Of a stretch of 41,940 nt of DNA, positions 9,331-18,257 are shown piece after piece. How positions within the stretch are numbered: the stretch's first letter is position 1; every line of letters begins with the position of its first letter. The translations under genes were made by a program, and so were the position numbers. The DNA is taken from the sequence record LR756500.1; one strand, 5' to 3'. The notes below the pieces were generated by a model. It was not told where the DNA came from. It saw only the letters and a list, made by a program, of their open reading frames with translations, and did not search any database.

Positions 9331-11178
9331 TTAATTTGTATTAATGTAATTAAATTTTAAATTACCTGTTCCAAAACATCTATAATATCCTTTATCATGC
9401 ATTATCTCCACTTCAGTCATTGATGGATCCGCTCCTTCTTTAACCAATTTATCCTTTCTGAACTTAAACCTATTTTCTCTTATGCCATCTACTACCCACC
9501 AATAACTAAGCTCTGAATGCCCTATATATTTAAAACCTAATTTTATATACAAATTATCTTGCTCATTTGATGTCCAATCACAATCAGTATAACTAATTAC
9601 TTGTTCTGGTTTGTATTCCTTTGTAAAATAATTAAACAAACGACTTGCACCTCCTGTAACAGATATATTCAATTTATTAGCAAACCTTAAAAGTTCATAT
9701 TCTCCTTCAACTGCCTTTTGTCCTAAATTCTTTCTTAATGATCCTAACGTCATTAATGATACTAATTCATTNNNNNNNNNNNNNNNNNNNNNAACAGCAG
9801 CATTAACATTACCTTGCAAATGGTTCCTATTTAAAAACTCTCGACTATCACTAGAGGACACCTCTTTAATTATACACTTTCTAGCATATATAGTTTCATT
9901 TAAATTTAATAGCCCTTTTATTCTTGACTTAATAATATCTTTTTTATAATTCCAATCATCTTCCCAAATATGCACCAACTTAACTCCTTTAGATTTAGCT
10001 AATAATGTTTTATTTAAATGATATTTATCATCTTTATATAATTCGGAATGCCAATAGACACCATCTACTTCAAATCCTACTTTATAATCTTCTATATAAA
10101 TATCTATTTCATTATCATTTAAAATGGTTCGATCTTTTTTTGTTTCTATATTTAAACTTTCTATAAATTCTCTAATTTCATTTTCTATTTTACTTTCAAA
10201 AGAATTTGAATAATATAAAGGTTCACAATTTAAACATGTATTTTTATTTATTAATGATCTTTTATGAAGTAAATAGCTTGTTATAGTATATTCTTTATTA
10301 CATTTATCGCATGTTATAGTAACATTTAAATTATTATCAATATTAATAATATTTAGAGTATTAAATTTATTTAAAATATCATTTTTATATTTATTTTTTA
10401 ATTTTGATTTATAAAAATTAGATTGAGTTATAAATTCAGTTNNNNNNNNNNNNNNNNNNNNNNCTTTTGATTTTTCTTTTATTTGTTCTGATTGTAATAC
10501 ATGATTAGTACCATATTTTTCTAAGCATGTTAATTCTCTTTTTTCTAAACTTTCTTTTGTTACATTATGAAACTGATTATATCTTTTAAAATTAGTTTCT
10601 TTTATTTTTTGTTTAATTTCATTATTTCTAAATACATTATCACTTCCATATTTTTCAGTTAAAGTTTTTATAGATTTTTGTTTAATTTTTATATTATCAA
10701 AAACATATTCAACTCCATAANNNNNNNNNNNNNNNNNNNNNNNNNNNNNNCTTATCTTTTTAACAGATAATATTTCTTCATTACCATATTTTTCTAAACA
10801 TGTTGATTTTCTTTTTTCTATTGCTAATTTACTTTGACTTGGATTTATTGTTCCATATCTTTCTAATGAAGTTTTTCTAATTTTATTTATAGATAATTGT
10901 TTTGAACATTCATTTGAACATGATGTATAACCAATAGAAATAGATCTAAATTTTTTTAAATTATTTTTACATATTTCACATATAGGTATTTCACATATAT
11001 CATTTAAATATAAATAAAGAATTTCTTTAAATTGTATTTTAGTAAAATTATATTTTGTAATAAAAATATTTAAATCATTTAAAATTTCTGGTTCAAATTT
11101 TTCGAACCATTTTTTATTCATTCTAGTTGATAAAAAACGATTATTTATTTTTATTATATGCAGTAATTTATTTTTCAT
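9331..11178 (-). CDS. Hef-like putative homing endonuclease, copy 4
   Basis: CEICK..CSNEC, multiple KYG repeats, FEVDGVYWH, NHLQG, YELLRFA, ISYTD..LYIKLGF. Confidence 0.85.
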   Translation of the reverse strand: MKNKLLHIIKINNRFLSTRMNKKWFEKFEPEILNDLNIFITKYNFTKIQFKEILYLYLNDICEIPICEICKNNLKKFRSISIGYTSCSNECSKQLSINKIRKTSLERYGTINPSQSKLAIEKRKSTCLEKYGNEEILSVKKIXXXXXXXXXXXYGVEYVFDNIKIKQKSIKTLTEKYGSDNVFRNNEIKQKIKETNFKRYNQFHNVTKESLEKRELTCLEKYGTNHVLQSEQIKEKSKXXXXXXXXTEFITQSNFYKSKLKNKYKNDILNKFNTLNIINIDNNLNVTITCDKCNKEYTITSYLLHKRSLINKNTCLNCEPLYYSNSFESKIENEIREFIESLNIETKKDRTILNDNEIDIYIEDYKVGFEVDGVYWHSELYKDDKYHLNKTLLAKSKGVKLVHIWEDDWNYKKDIIKSRIKGLLNLNETIYARKCIIKEVSSSDSREFLNRNHLQGNVNAAVXXXXXXXNELVSLMTLGSLRKNLGQKAVEGEYELLRFANKLNISVTGGASRLFNYFTKEYKPEQVISYTDCDWTSNEQDNLYIKLGFKYIGHSELSYWWVVDGIRENRFKFRKDKLVKEGADPSMTEVEIMHDKGYYRCFGTGNLKFNYINTN

Positions 11179-11271
11179 TTAAAAATTTTATATTATATGC
11201 ATATTTATCAGTTTGTTTTTAAAATAAAAAAGTCTATATTTCTATAAACTTTTAAATTACTATAACTTTAT

Positions 11272-12084
11272 TTAAATTTTAAAATATTTATCTTTTATTT
11301 TAAATGATAAATTATATTCATGCATAAAGTTTTCTTCACCTATATTTTTTATAGTATCTTCTTTCCATTTTTCATTTCTTTGTGGATGATCATACCAATA
11401 AACTTTTTTAACTTTAAATATTTCAGAATCTTGTACAAATTTATAAAATAAATCAAAATGAATATCTGAAGACATAATAATTATTCTAGAATTATTAATT
11501 GAAGCATATAATGGTACTATTTCTTTTATTAAAATTTTTTTATTATTATCAGACATGTTAGAAATATTATCAATTATAAAAATATCATAAAGTTTACCTT
11601 TATAATTATTACTATTTACTAATTGTATACTTGAATTATTATCGAATTCTATTACTTCTGATGTGCTTTTTATAATACCTGGTTTCAAATACATAGGTAA
11701 TTTAGAATAAAAAATTTTAAATTTATTAAATAATTCTCTACCAATTTCATGTTTAATTGAAAATAAAGCTATTTTTTTTTGTTCAAATACTGCAAAATAT
11801 AAAGATAATAATGTATTTAACATTGAAATTCCCATTTGTCTAGAACTTAATAATATTGAAAATCTATTTTCATTCCAAAATTTTAAAATATCTTTTTGAT
11901 ATTCATATAAATTAATATCCAATTTTGATATAAAATATTCAATATCTTTTCTACATTTATAATATTCATCTAATTCATCATAATCTAAAACATATTTAAA
12001 TTTACTATTTTTACTATTAGGTATATTTCTATAACAATATTCATTGCTATTTATACTATTTTTATTTATATAATTCATAACCAT
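11272..12084 (-). CDS. Terminase large-subunit ATPase-domain paralogue with degenerate motifs
   Basis: YKCRKDIEYF, LYEYQ (Q motif), SRQMGIS (Walker A without Lys), FIIDNIS (Walker B DE>DN), YSKLPMYLKPG, VYWYDHPQR; no nuclease domain. Confidence 0.8.
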   Translation of the reverse strand: MVMNYINKNSINSNEYCYRNIPNSKNSKFKYVLDYDELDEYYKCRKDIEYFISKLDINLYEYQKDILKFWNENRFSILLSSRQMGISMLNTLLSLYFAVFEQKKIALFSIKHEIGRELFNKFKIFYSKLPMYLKPGIIKSTSEVIEFDNNSSIQLVNSNNYKGKLYDIFIIDNISNMSDNNKKILIKEIVPLYASINNSRIIIMSSDIHFDLFYKFVQDSEIFKVKKVYWYDHPQRNEKWKEDTIKNIGEENFMHEYNLSFKIKDKYFKI

Positions 12085-12087
12085 TTT

Positions 12088-12099
12088 TATTTATATATT
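12088..12099 (-). promoter_or_regulatory. AATATATAAATA (contains T4 late consensus TATAAATA), terminase paralogue
   Basis: Directly upstream of ATG 12084. Confidence 0.65.
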
Positions 12100-12154
12100 A
12101 ACAATAGAGTCAGAAAAAATTTAAAAATTAATTTTTTCTGACTCTATTGTTAAT
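12097..12154. terminator. 25-bp perfect inverted repeat, 8-nt loop, after TerL-C
   Basis: ATTAACAATAGAGTCAGAAAAAATT (12097-12121) and its exact complement (12130-12154). Confidence 0.8.
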
Positions 12155-12175
12155 TTTTTTAATAGTTAGTTACTT

Positions 12176-14062
12176 TTAAATAATATCATAAATATCGAAA
12201 AATAAACTACCATCTTCTCCTTTAGATCCCTTATTTAATTCTTTATCAACTAAATCTTGAATATCTTTTTCTATTATTTCATATAATTCTTCTGCAAAAT
12301 CTGAGAAATCCATAGTAGAAAAGAATTCATTACTGGTTATGCAAGACATTATTAAATCATCGTGTCCCTTCATTCCAGCATAGGATCCAGCTGGAGTTTT
12401 TCCAAATTGTTTAGCTTCTTCTATTGTATTAAATTCAAATAATTGTATTCTATTTTCTCTAATTGATTTTTTAAATTTTTGACATATTATAGGTTTATTA
12501 TCAGTTTTAATTCTTAATCCAAAACTAGGAGTCTTTGCGTCATTTCTATGTTTAAATTTTACTATCATTTCTTCATCAAATTCATTTCTAGATGGAAAAA
12601 TAGTTTGTAAATTTTTAATTAATTCACCACCAAAAGTATTCCATTCTATTATTATTTTTATATTTTCTGCATAAAAAATATCAAAAATTAAAGTATATAA
12701 TATTTTAGCATATTGTTCAGGAGAATGTTCATTACTTCTAAATACTCCTATTTGTTTTAAAGCAAAAAAGTCCATAAAAGAGCCAGGCTGTTTTAGATGT
12801 TTAAACATATCTTTATCTAATAATTCTAGTTTAAAGATATTTATTACAGCATGATCTCCAAAATTACCAGCAGATAAATCACAACTAAATAACCAATAAT
12901 TTTCTTCATTACCTATTTCATCAATATCAAATTTTGGATGCCATTTCAAAAATATTTCATAAGGTATTTCTAAATCTTCTAATTCATCAAATTGATGTGA
13001 TATAAATTCTACTTTTGCATTTTCTAATTTTTTAAGTTCTCCTGGACCTAAAAGTAAATTATCTCCTGATATAAATTGATTACCATATTGTCTATTAAAT
13101 GCATCTTCACCACCTAAATTAGAAATTTCTTTTCTCATCCATTCATTATCTCTTCCTGGAACCTCCCACCAATCAACTCTAAAATCTTTAAATTCATTTT
13201 GTTTTCTAACAGCTCCATCATAAATATCATGAAACTTATTAAATCCATTTGGTGTACTAGTAATAATAATTCTAGATATTTGTGAAGACGATAATGTAGG
13301 AAATACATTTTCATAAAAACTATGTACAAAATTAGGATGTATGTGAGCAAACTCATCTAAAAATAAAAGGTGAATAGTAAAACCTATACCTGCTTTTTTA
13401 GTAGTAGATTGAGCAACAATCCTACAGCCATTATCAAATTTTAAATTAAATACATCATTTTTTAATAATCCTGGTTTCATAAAAAATGGTAAATTATCTA
13501 ATATAACTTTTGCTTTATCTACAATTTCTCTCGTCGTGGCACCTTTATTCGATAAAATTAAACAATTCTTATCAAAATTAAATAATACGTACCATGCTAT
13601 ATAAATTGACGAACATATTGTTTGACTTGAAAGTATACCATTAGTATATAATCTATGATTTGGATGATTTACTGTAACATCAAACATACCTATTTTATTG
13701 TTACTTTTTGATATACTAATAATTTTTTCTAAACCATCGACTGTTATTATTTCCGTATTTAATTCAAGTTTATCGAAAGATATTTTATTATAATTTTTAT
13801 CATAAACTTTATGTAAATCAGCGCCTTCTAAAATTTTACCTGACTCTGTTATTATTGTCCATACTTTATAAGGTTGAGTATTATGAAGATATTGTAATTC
13901 TTCATATCCAGTATCAGTTAAAACTTGTATATATGATAACTTAATAGATTTAATTATTTTTTTAGATATATTATTTTCATCTAAATCTAAATTTCTATAC
14001 TGTATTTTTTCTATTAATTCTATTAAGTATAAAATTATTTTTTTTAATATTTTTTTTATCAT
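12176..14062 (-). CDS. terL: Terminase large subunit, C-terminal part, preceded by split-intein IntC (aa 1-147)
   Basis: Intein blocks EGADLH, MFDVTV..HRLYTNGILSSQ|T, then TICSSIYIAW, Walker B LFLDEFAH, STPNG, nuclease motifs CDLSAG..GD and HDDLIM. Confidence 0.92.
   Translation of the reverse strand: MIKKILKKIILYLIELIEKIQYRNLDLDENNISKKIIKSIKLSYIQVLTDTGYEELQYLHNTQPYKVWTIITESGKILEGADLHKVYDKNYNKISFDKLELNTEIITVDGLEKIISISKSNNKIGMFDVTVNHPNHRLYTNGILSSQTICSSIYIAWYVLFNFDKNCLILSNKGATTREIVDKAKVILDNLPFFMKPGLLKNDVFNLKFDNGCRIVAQSTTKKAGIGFTIHLLFLDEFAHIHPNFVHSFYENVFPTLSSSQISRIIITSTPNGFNKFHDIYDGAVRKQNEFKDFRVDWWEVPGRDNEWMRKEISNLGGEDAFNRQYGNQFISGDNLLLGPGELKKLENAKVEFISHQFDELEDLEIPYEIFLKWHPKFDIDEIGNEENYWLFSCDLSAGNFGDHAVINIFKLELLDKDMFKHLKQPGSFMDFFALKQIGVFRSNEHSPEQYAKILYTLIFDIFYAENIKIIIEWNTFGGELIKNLQTIFPSRNEFDEEMIVKFKHRNDAKTPSFGLRIKTDNKPIICQKFKKSIRENRIQLFEFNTIEEAKQFGKTPAGSYAGMKGHDDLIMSCITSNEFFSTMDFSDFAEELYEIIEKDIQDLVDKELNKGSKGEDGSLFFDIYDII
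13622..14062 (-). mobile_element. Split intein C-fragment (147 aa, atypically long, ends Ser-Gln; +1 Thr)
   Basis: Block B-, F- and G-like motifs; junction codons TCA AGT CAA|ACA. Confidence 0.8.
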
Positions 14063-15162
14063 TATTTATTTTTATTTTCTATAAATTCTAAGCAATTATT
14101 TATTACTAAATCAGGATCTTTATAATATTCTAATTCATTTACATGATATACTTCATATCCTGATCTTAATATTGCATCATCTCTATCTTTTTCTCTTTTA
14201 TTATTTTCGGGATTATTTTTATGATAATATACACCATCAAATTCTATAATTTTATTTATATCTTTTATAAAAAAATCTGGTAAAATTATTCTATTACATA
14301 ATCTTAATCTATATTCTGAATTAGTACCATCATCTAAAATAATTTTATTTTTATTTAAAGTTGCAAAATATATCTCATTATATTTATCTTTTATAATTTC
14401 ATATAAAGAAATAAAAAGTTTCTGTGATACTTTAGAATAACTACTTACTTTAAAATTATTACTCCATCTATTTATTTTTAAATTCCATTTTTCTATACCT
14501 ATTTCTTCTCCATATTTATTTATAAAAAAATTTAAATCTCTACACTGAATTTTAGAAATAATATTTTTTGCTTCTTCTAAAGAAAAACCTCTTCGTATCC
14601 AATATTCTTTATGTATAGGCATAACTCTATTTTTCATAAAATACTTATAATTATCTTTTTTCATAATAAAATATTCTTCATCTGTTAAATTAGGATATCT
14701 CTTTTTATAAAACTCAATAGAAAATGGACTAGTCTCTTTACGTTTTTGCTCAGTAGTTTTACTTTTAGACATAATGTTTCCTTCACCTTTCATTCTATCA
14801 GAAATCCATTTTCTCCATTTATCTTCTTTCATATGTTTACCTCCATTTATAGTTGTTGCCGCTTTATCACTAGGTATACATAATAATGCATCTACACCAA
14901 AATCTTTTCTATAATCACTATTATTTTTATCGGGATGAAATCTTTTGAAATGACCACTATATATTCTTTTAACAGCCATTCCACAATATTTACATATAAC
15001 ATAATCTGTATTTTCTATACTGTTTAATTTTAATTTTTCCGATTCTTTATAAGCACCATAAATACCTTTACATTTATTTGAACAAAATTTAGCACTTATA
15101 GTAGAAGAGTTAAATTCATTTTTACAATGAATGCATTTTATTTTTCTAATTATATTTGACAT
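14062..15162 (-). CDS. Free-standing Vsr/DUF559-like endonuclease between the terL halves
   Basis: Zn motifs CIHC..FCSNKC and CKYC..HFKRFH, KYGEE repeat, LPDFF..IIEFDGVYYH; own TATAAATA promoter; TAATG overlap with TerL-C. Confidence 0.85.
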   Translation of the reverse strand: MSNIIRKIKCIHCKNEFNSSTISAKFCSNKCKGIYGAYKESEKLKLNSIENTDYVICKYCGMAVKRIYSGHFKRFHPDKNNSDYRKDFGVDALLCIPSDKAATTINGGKHMKEDKWRKWISDRMKGEGNIMSKSKTTEQKRKETSPFSIEFYKKRYPNLTDEEYFIMKKDNYKYFMKNRVMPIHKEYWIRRGFSLEEAKNIISKIQCRDLNFFINKYGEEIGIEKWNLKINRWSNNFKVSSYSKVSQKLFISLYEIIKDKYNEIYFATLNKNKIILDDGTNSEYRLRLCNRIILPDFFIKDINKIIEFDGVYYHKNNPENNKREKDRDDAILRSGYEVYHVNELEYYKDPDLVINNCLEFIENKNK

Positions 15163-15166
15163 TTTT

Positions 15167-15178
15167 TATTTATATATT
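15167..15178 (-). promoter_or_regulatory. AATATATAAATA, endonuclease/TerL-C
   Basis: Directly upstream of ATG 15162. Confidence 0.7.
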
Positions 15179-15188
15179 AGATATAGTA

Positions 15189-15764
15189 CTAGCTTCTTGA
15201 TAGATAAGAATATGTTTTATATAAATAATATTTAATTTTATCTAAAAAAGATAATGTTTTATTTGTTTTAGATATAACATAATATAATTCAAATATAGGA
15301 AGTGTATAAGTATTATCTTTATTTTTAAATTTACTTAAACTATTAATTAAAGTAATATCATTTAACTTTATAGTAATTAATATATTATGGAAAAAACATT
15401 TCCCCGTTTGTCTCGCCGCGAGGCAGATACTGAAGCGATTATCAACAAAATGTCTAAGCATTTTTTCTTGATAATCTCTTAATACAATTGTTCTAAGACC
15501 TTCATCGGTCATTACTGTACAATACTTATTAGCAAAATATACTATATCTTTAGCACATTTTCTTATTTCACTTATTTCAAAATCTGTATAATCAAATATT
15601 ATGTTACCTTTTCTTATTGTTGGATTGCCTTCATAAAAGGGAGTTGATTTGGGTTTATAACCTTCATCAATCATATTCATTAATTCATTGATTTTTTCGG
15701 TACTCCATGCTGTTCTTTCTTGCACATTATCTTCTTTATGTGCTAGCGCGTATTCTTCTTCCAT
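15189..15764 (-). CDS. terL: Terminase large subunit, N-terminal part (aa 1-122) + split-intein IntN (aa 123-191)
   Basis: KCAKDIVYFANKYC, LRDYQ, Walker A AARQTGK directly followed by Cys1 (CFFHNILI..LPIFELY). Confidence 0.92.
   Translation of the reverse strand: MEEEYALAHKEDNVQERTAWSTEKINELMNMIDEGYKPKSTPFYEGNPTIRKGNIIFDYTDFEISEIRKCAKDIVYFANKYCTVMTDEGLRTIVLRDYQEKMLRHFVDNRFSICLAARQTGKCFFHNILITIKLNDITLINSLSKFKNKDNTYTLPIFELYYVISKTNKTLSFLDKIKYYLYKTYSYLSRS
15192..15398 (-). mobile_element. Split intein N-fragment of terL (69 aa)
   Basis: Cys after GK; block A-like; no block B, which is in the other half. Confidence 0.75.
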
Positions 15765-15774
15765 ATTTTAATTA

Positions 15775-16686
15775 TTAATCGAAAAAACCGAATTCAGTGG
15801 CATTTTCTATGTGTTCATATTTAACTCGTAAATCTTTAGGTAATAATTTAACTAAATGATTTAAATCATTTAAATTATTATCAAATATTTTTACAAAATT
15901 TGTTTTTATTTTTTTAAACATTATATCTAATATTTTAATTAAATATTGTTTATCCATTTTAATTTCTTTAACAACTATATTAAAAGTTTTTAATATTTCT
16001 AATAAATATTCTAAATTAGTTTCACTATAATCTAAATATTTATTGTTAAATATATTATATAATCTTACATCATTTTCATTATTATCACCTGTTTCTATAC
16101 TATTATATTTTGATATCATTTTCAATACTAAATTAATATCATTTATAGTAACATATTTATGTAAAAAATCACTATGTATAAAATTGTTTATCTTTTTTTC
16201 TATGTTATCATATTCCTTTTTTGCATTAGCTTTTAGATCGCTACTTGTTTCTAAATGATTTTGTAAAAAGAAAGTACTTTCATAATATTGAGTAGTTACT
16301 AAAAAAAATTTATCATTTCTATTTAAAACTTCTATTTCTGGTCCAGGCACAAATTCACTATTCATAGAAGGATGTTCTTCTTGATAATAATGTTTTCTAC
16401 TTATTCCTATTTCTGGAAAATCTTTAGCCATCAATAAAAAACAAGGTTGGTTTAAAACAGGTAGTTTGATATCACCTATTTCTAAATTATGTGGAGTATT
16501 TGATCTATTAGAAATTAATAATCTAGTAACTTCTTTTATAACATTTCCACTTTTTTCTCTAAGTAACCATGCAACAAGTCCGTCTTTATCATAAATTTCT
16601 TTAAAATATTTTTTACTAATATTATGATTAATTGAATCATGAACAGATTCAATTAAAAAATCTTTATATGTTTGAATATATTTCAT
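15775..16686 (-). CDS. Hypothetical protein with CTS-like leader [14 protein letters not shown]
   Basis: 303-aa ORF, no recognisable domain; ends KYEHIENATEFGFFD. Confidence 0.75.
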   Translation of the reverse strand: MKYIQTYKDFLIESVHDSINHNISKKYFKEIYDKDGLVAWLLREKSGNVIKEVTRLLISNRSNTPHNLEIGDIKLPVLNQPCFLLMAKDFPEIGISRKHYYQEEHPSMNSEFVPGPEIEVLNRNDKFFLVTTQYYESTFFLQNHLETSSDLKANAKKEYDNIEKKINNFIHSDFLHKYVTINDINLVLKMISKYNSIETGDNNENDVRLYNIFNNKYLDYSETNLEYLLEILKTFNIVVKEIKMDKQYLIKILDIMFKKIKTNFVKIFDNNLNDLNHLVKLLPKDLRVKYEHIENATEFGFFD

Positions 16687-16695
16687 TTAGTTATT
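16654..16695. repeat. 42-bp direct repeat, copy A (identical to 17439-17480)
   Basis: Minus strand AATAACTAAATGAAATATATTCAAACATATAAAGATTTTTTA. Confidence 0.95.
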
Positions 16696-16697
16696 TT

Positions 16698-17471
16698 TTA
16701 ATTATCGAAANNNNNNNNNNNNNNNNNNNNNNNNNNNNNNNNNNNNNNNNNNNNNNNNNNNNNNNNNNNNNNNNNNNNNNNNNNNNNNNNNNNNNNNNNN
16801 NNNNNNNNNNNNNNNNNNNNNNNNNNNNNNNNNNNNNNNNNNNNNNNNNNNNNNNNNNNNNNNNNNNNNNNNNNNNNNNNNNNNNNNNNNNNNNNNNNNN
16901 NNNNNNNNNNNNNNNNNNNNNNNNNNNNNNNNNNATTCTTTAAATTGCCAATCTCCTTTGGCAACTCAGTTAATTTATTATTATCTAAATTTAAATATGT
17001 TAATTTAGTTAAATTACCAATCTCCTTTGGCAACTCAGTTAACTGATTATTATATAAATTTAAAATTTTTAAATTCATTAAATTACCAATCTCCTTTGGT
17101 AACTCAACCAACTGATTTCTATTTAAATTTAATTCTTCTAAATTCTTTAAATTTCCTATTTCCTTTGGAAATTCCTTCAACTTATTATCACGTAAATTTA
17201 ATTCTGTTAATNNNNNNNNNNNNNNNNNNNNNNNNNNNNNNNNNNNNNNNNNNNNNNNNNNNNNNNNNNNNNNNNNNNNNNNNNNNNNNNNNNNNNNNNN
17301 NNNNNNNNNNNNNNNNNNNNTATTTAACTTATTATTATTTAAAGTTAAAGCTGTTAAGTTAACTAATTTTTCAATTGAAACTTTAGCTAAATTAGCTATT
17401 AACTCTAATGTATCTAATTTAACTTCTTTAGCTTCTAATAAAAAATCTTTATATGTTTGAATATATTTCAT
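16698..17471 (-). CDS. Leucine-rich-repeat protein with CTS-like leader [14 protein letters not shown]
   Basis: 23-aa repeats [23 protein letters not shown], visible as ~69-nt DNA repeats; N-runs 16711-16934 and 17212-17320. Confidence 0.9.
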   Translation of the reverse strand: MKYIQTYKDFLLEAKEVKLDTLELIANLAKVSIEKLVNLTALTLNNNKLNXXXXXXXXXXXXXXXXXXXXXXXXXXXXXXXXXXXXXLTELNLRDNKLKEFPKEIGNLKNLEELNLNRNQLVELPKEIGNLMNLKILNLYNNQLTELPKEIGNLTKLTYLNLDNNKLTELPKEIGNLKNXXXXXXXXXXXXXXXXXXXXXXXXXXXXXXXXXXXXXXXXXXXXXXXXXXXXXXXXXXXXXXXXXXXXXXXXXXXFDN

Positions 17472-17480
17472 TTAGTTATT
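17439..17480. repeat. 42-bp direct repeat, copy B
   Basis: Spans the last two codons and stop of terS and first 11 codons of the LRR gene. Confidence 0.95.
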
Positions 17481-18239
17481 ATCATTTTCAAAATCTTCAG
17501 GATCTGGTCCAAAATCCTCTTCATCATCTACATCTAAATCTTCATCTAAATCAATCACAGGTTCAATAGTTTCAGCATTTTGATAATTTTTAGTAATTAA
17601 ATCTTCTTGAGTTATTGATTCTTCTTGATCAATTATTTCTTCTTTTTTAAGACTTTGCTGTATAGCTTTCATTAAATCTTTTTGTCCTCTTGAACTGACG
17701 CCTGATTTGTTAGTAGCTTCTTTACTATTAGATGTTGTAGATTTTCCTTTGTATACTTCATAATCTCTTCCTATTCTTTTAATATCTTCTTCAGCAGCCA
17801 TCATATACATAGTTTGACTTTTAATAATATCAAGCATTGTCTTTTGAAGTTGACCTAATACCTCAAACATTCTTGGATGCATATCTCCATCTTCTATTGC
17901 TTCTAATAATCTTGTCATAGATCGTTCAGAAGTTTCTAATAAATAAATTAATTTTGAAAGACCTGAATTTTTAGCTTCTATTTTAGCTTTAATATATTCT
18001 TCATGTTCAATTATATCTTCATCTAAATAGAATTTTAGTAATGAAATAATTGTATTACGAGCTCTATCTTCTGCCTTATCTTTTATTGTTTTAAATATTG
18101 TACCAGACATTTTAACTGAAGGAAGAGCATCATCGGCCTTTTCATTAGTATTAATTTCATCAGGAAGACCGTCTATTATTAAATCACTTATAGACATTCT
18201 TACGAATTCCTTATCATCTTCACTTATTTTATCGTTCAT
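17472..18239 (-). CDS. terS: Probable terminase small subunit (T4 gp16-like)
   Basis: HPRMFEVLGQLQKTMLD resembles the gp16-family HPRxxEVxxQL motif; acidic tail; upstream of terL. Confidence 0.7.
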   Translation of the reverse strand: MNDKISEDDKEFVRMSISDLIIDGLPDEINTNEKADDALPSVKMSGTIFKTIKDKAEDRARNTIISLLKFYLDEDIIEHEEYIKAKIEAKNSGLSKLIYLLETSERSMTRLLEAIEDGDMHPRMFEVLGQLQKTMLDIIKSQTMYMMAAEEDIKRIGRDYEVYKGKSTTSNSKEATNKSGVSSRGQKDLMKAIQQSLKKEEIIDQEESITQEDLITKNYQNAETIEPVIDLDEDLDVDDEEDFGPDPEDFENDNN

Positions 18240-18257
18240 TATTTATAATATTAAAAA

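Noticed and set aside
9316-11246. 10-bp inverted repeat TATAGAAATA flanking Hef-like copy 4 as transposon ends
   Set aside because: Too short and AT-rich to be significant; not seen around other copies.
11272-12084. Terminase paralogue as the missing N-terminal half of TerL-C
   Set aside because: It has no intein half, lies downstream, and spans the same region as both true halves with dead motifs.
12176-15764. Group I intron, frameshift or mis-assembly as the cause of the split terL and clamp loader
   Set aside because: Each half carries complementary intein blocks, own start and stop, and splicing restores exact Walker motifs and expected lengths; no intron core seen.
16935-17211. Tandem ~69-nt repeats as a possible CRISPR array
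   Set aside because: Units are in-frame LRR codons, contiguous, without unique spacers.
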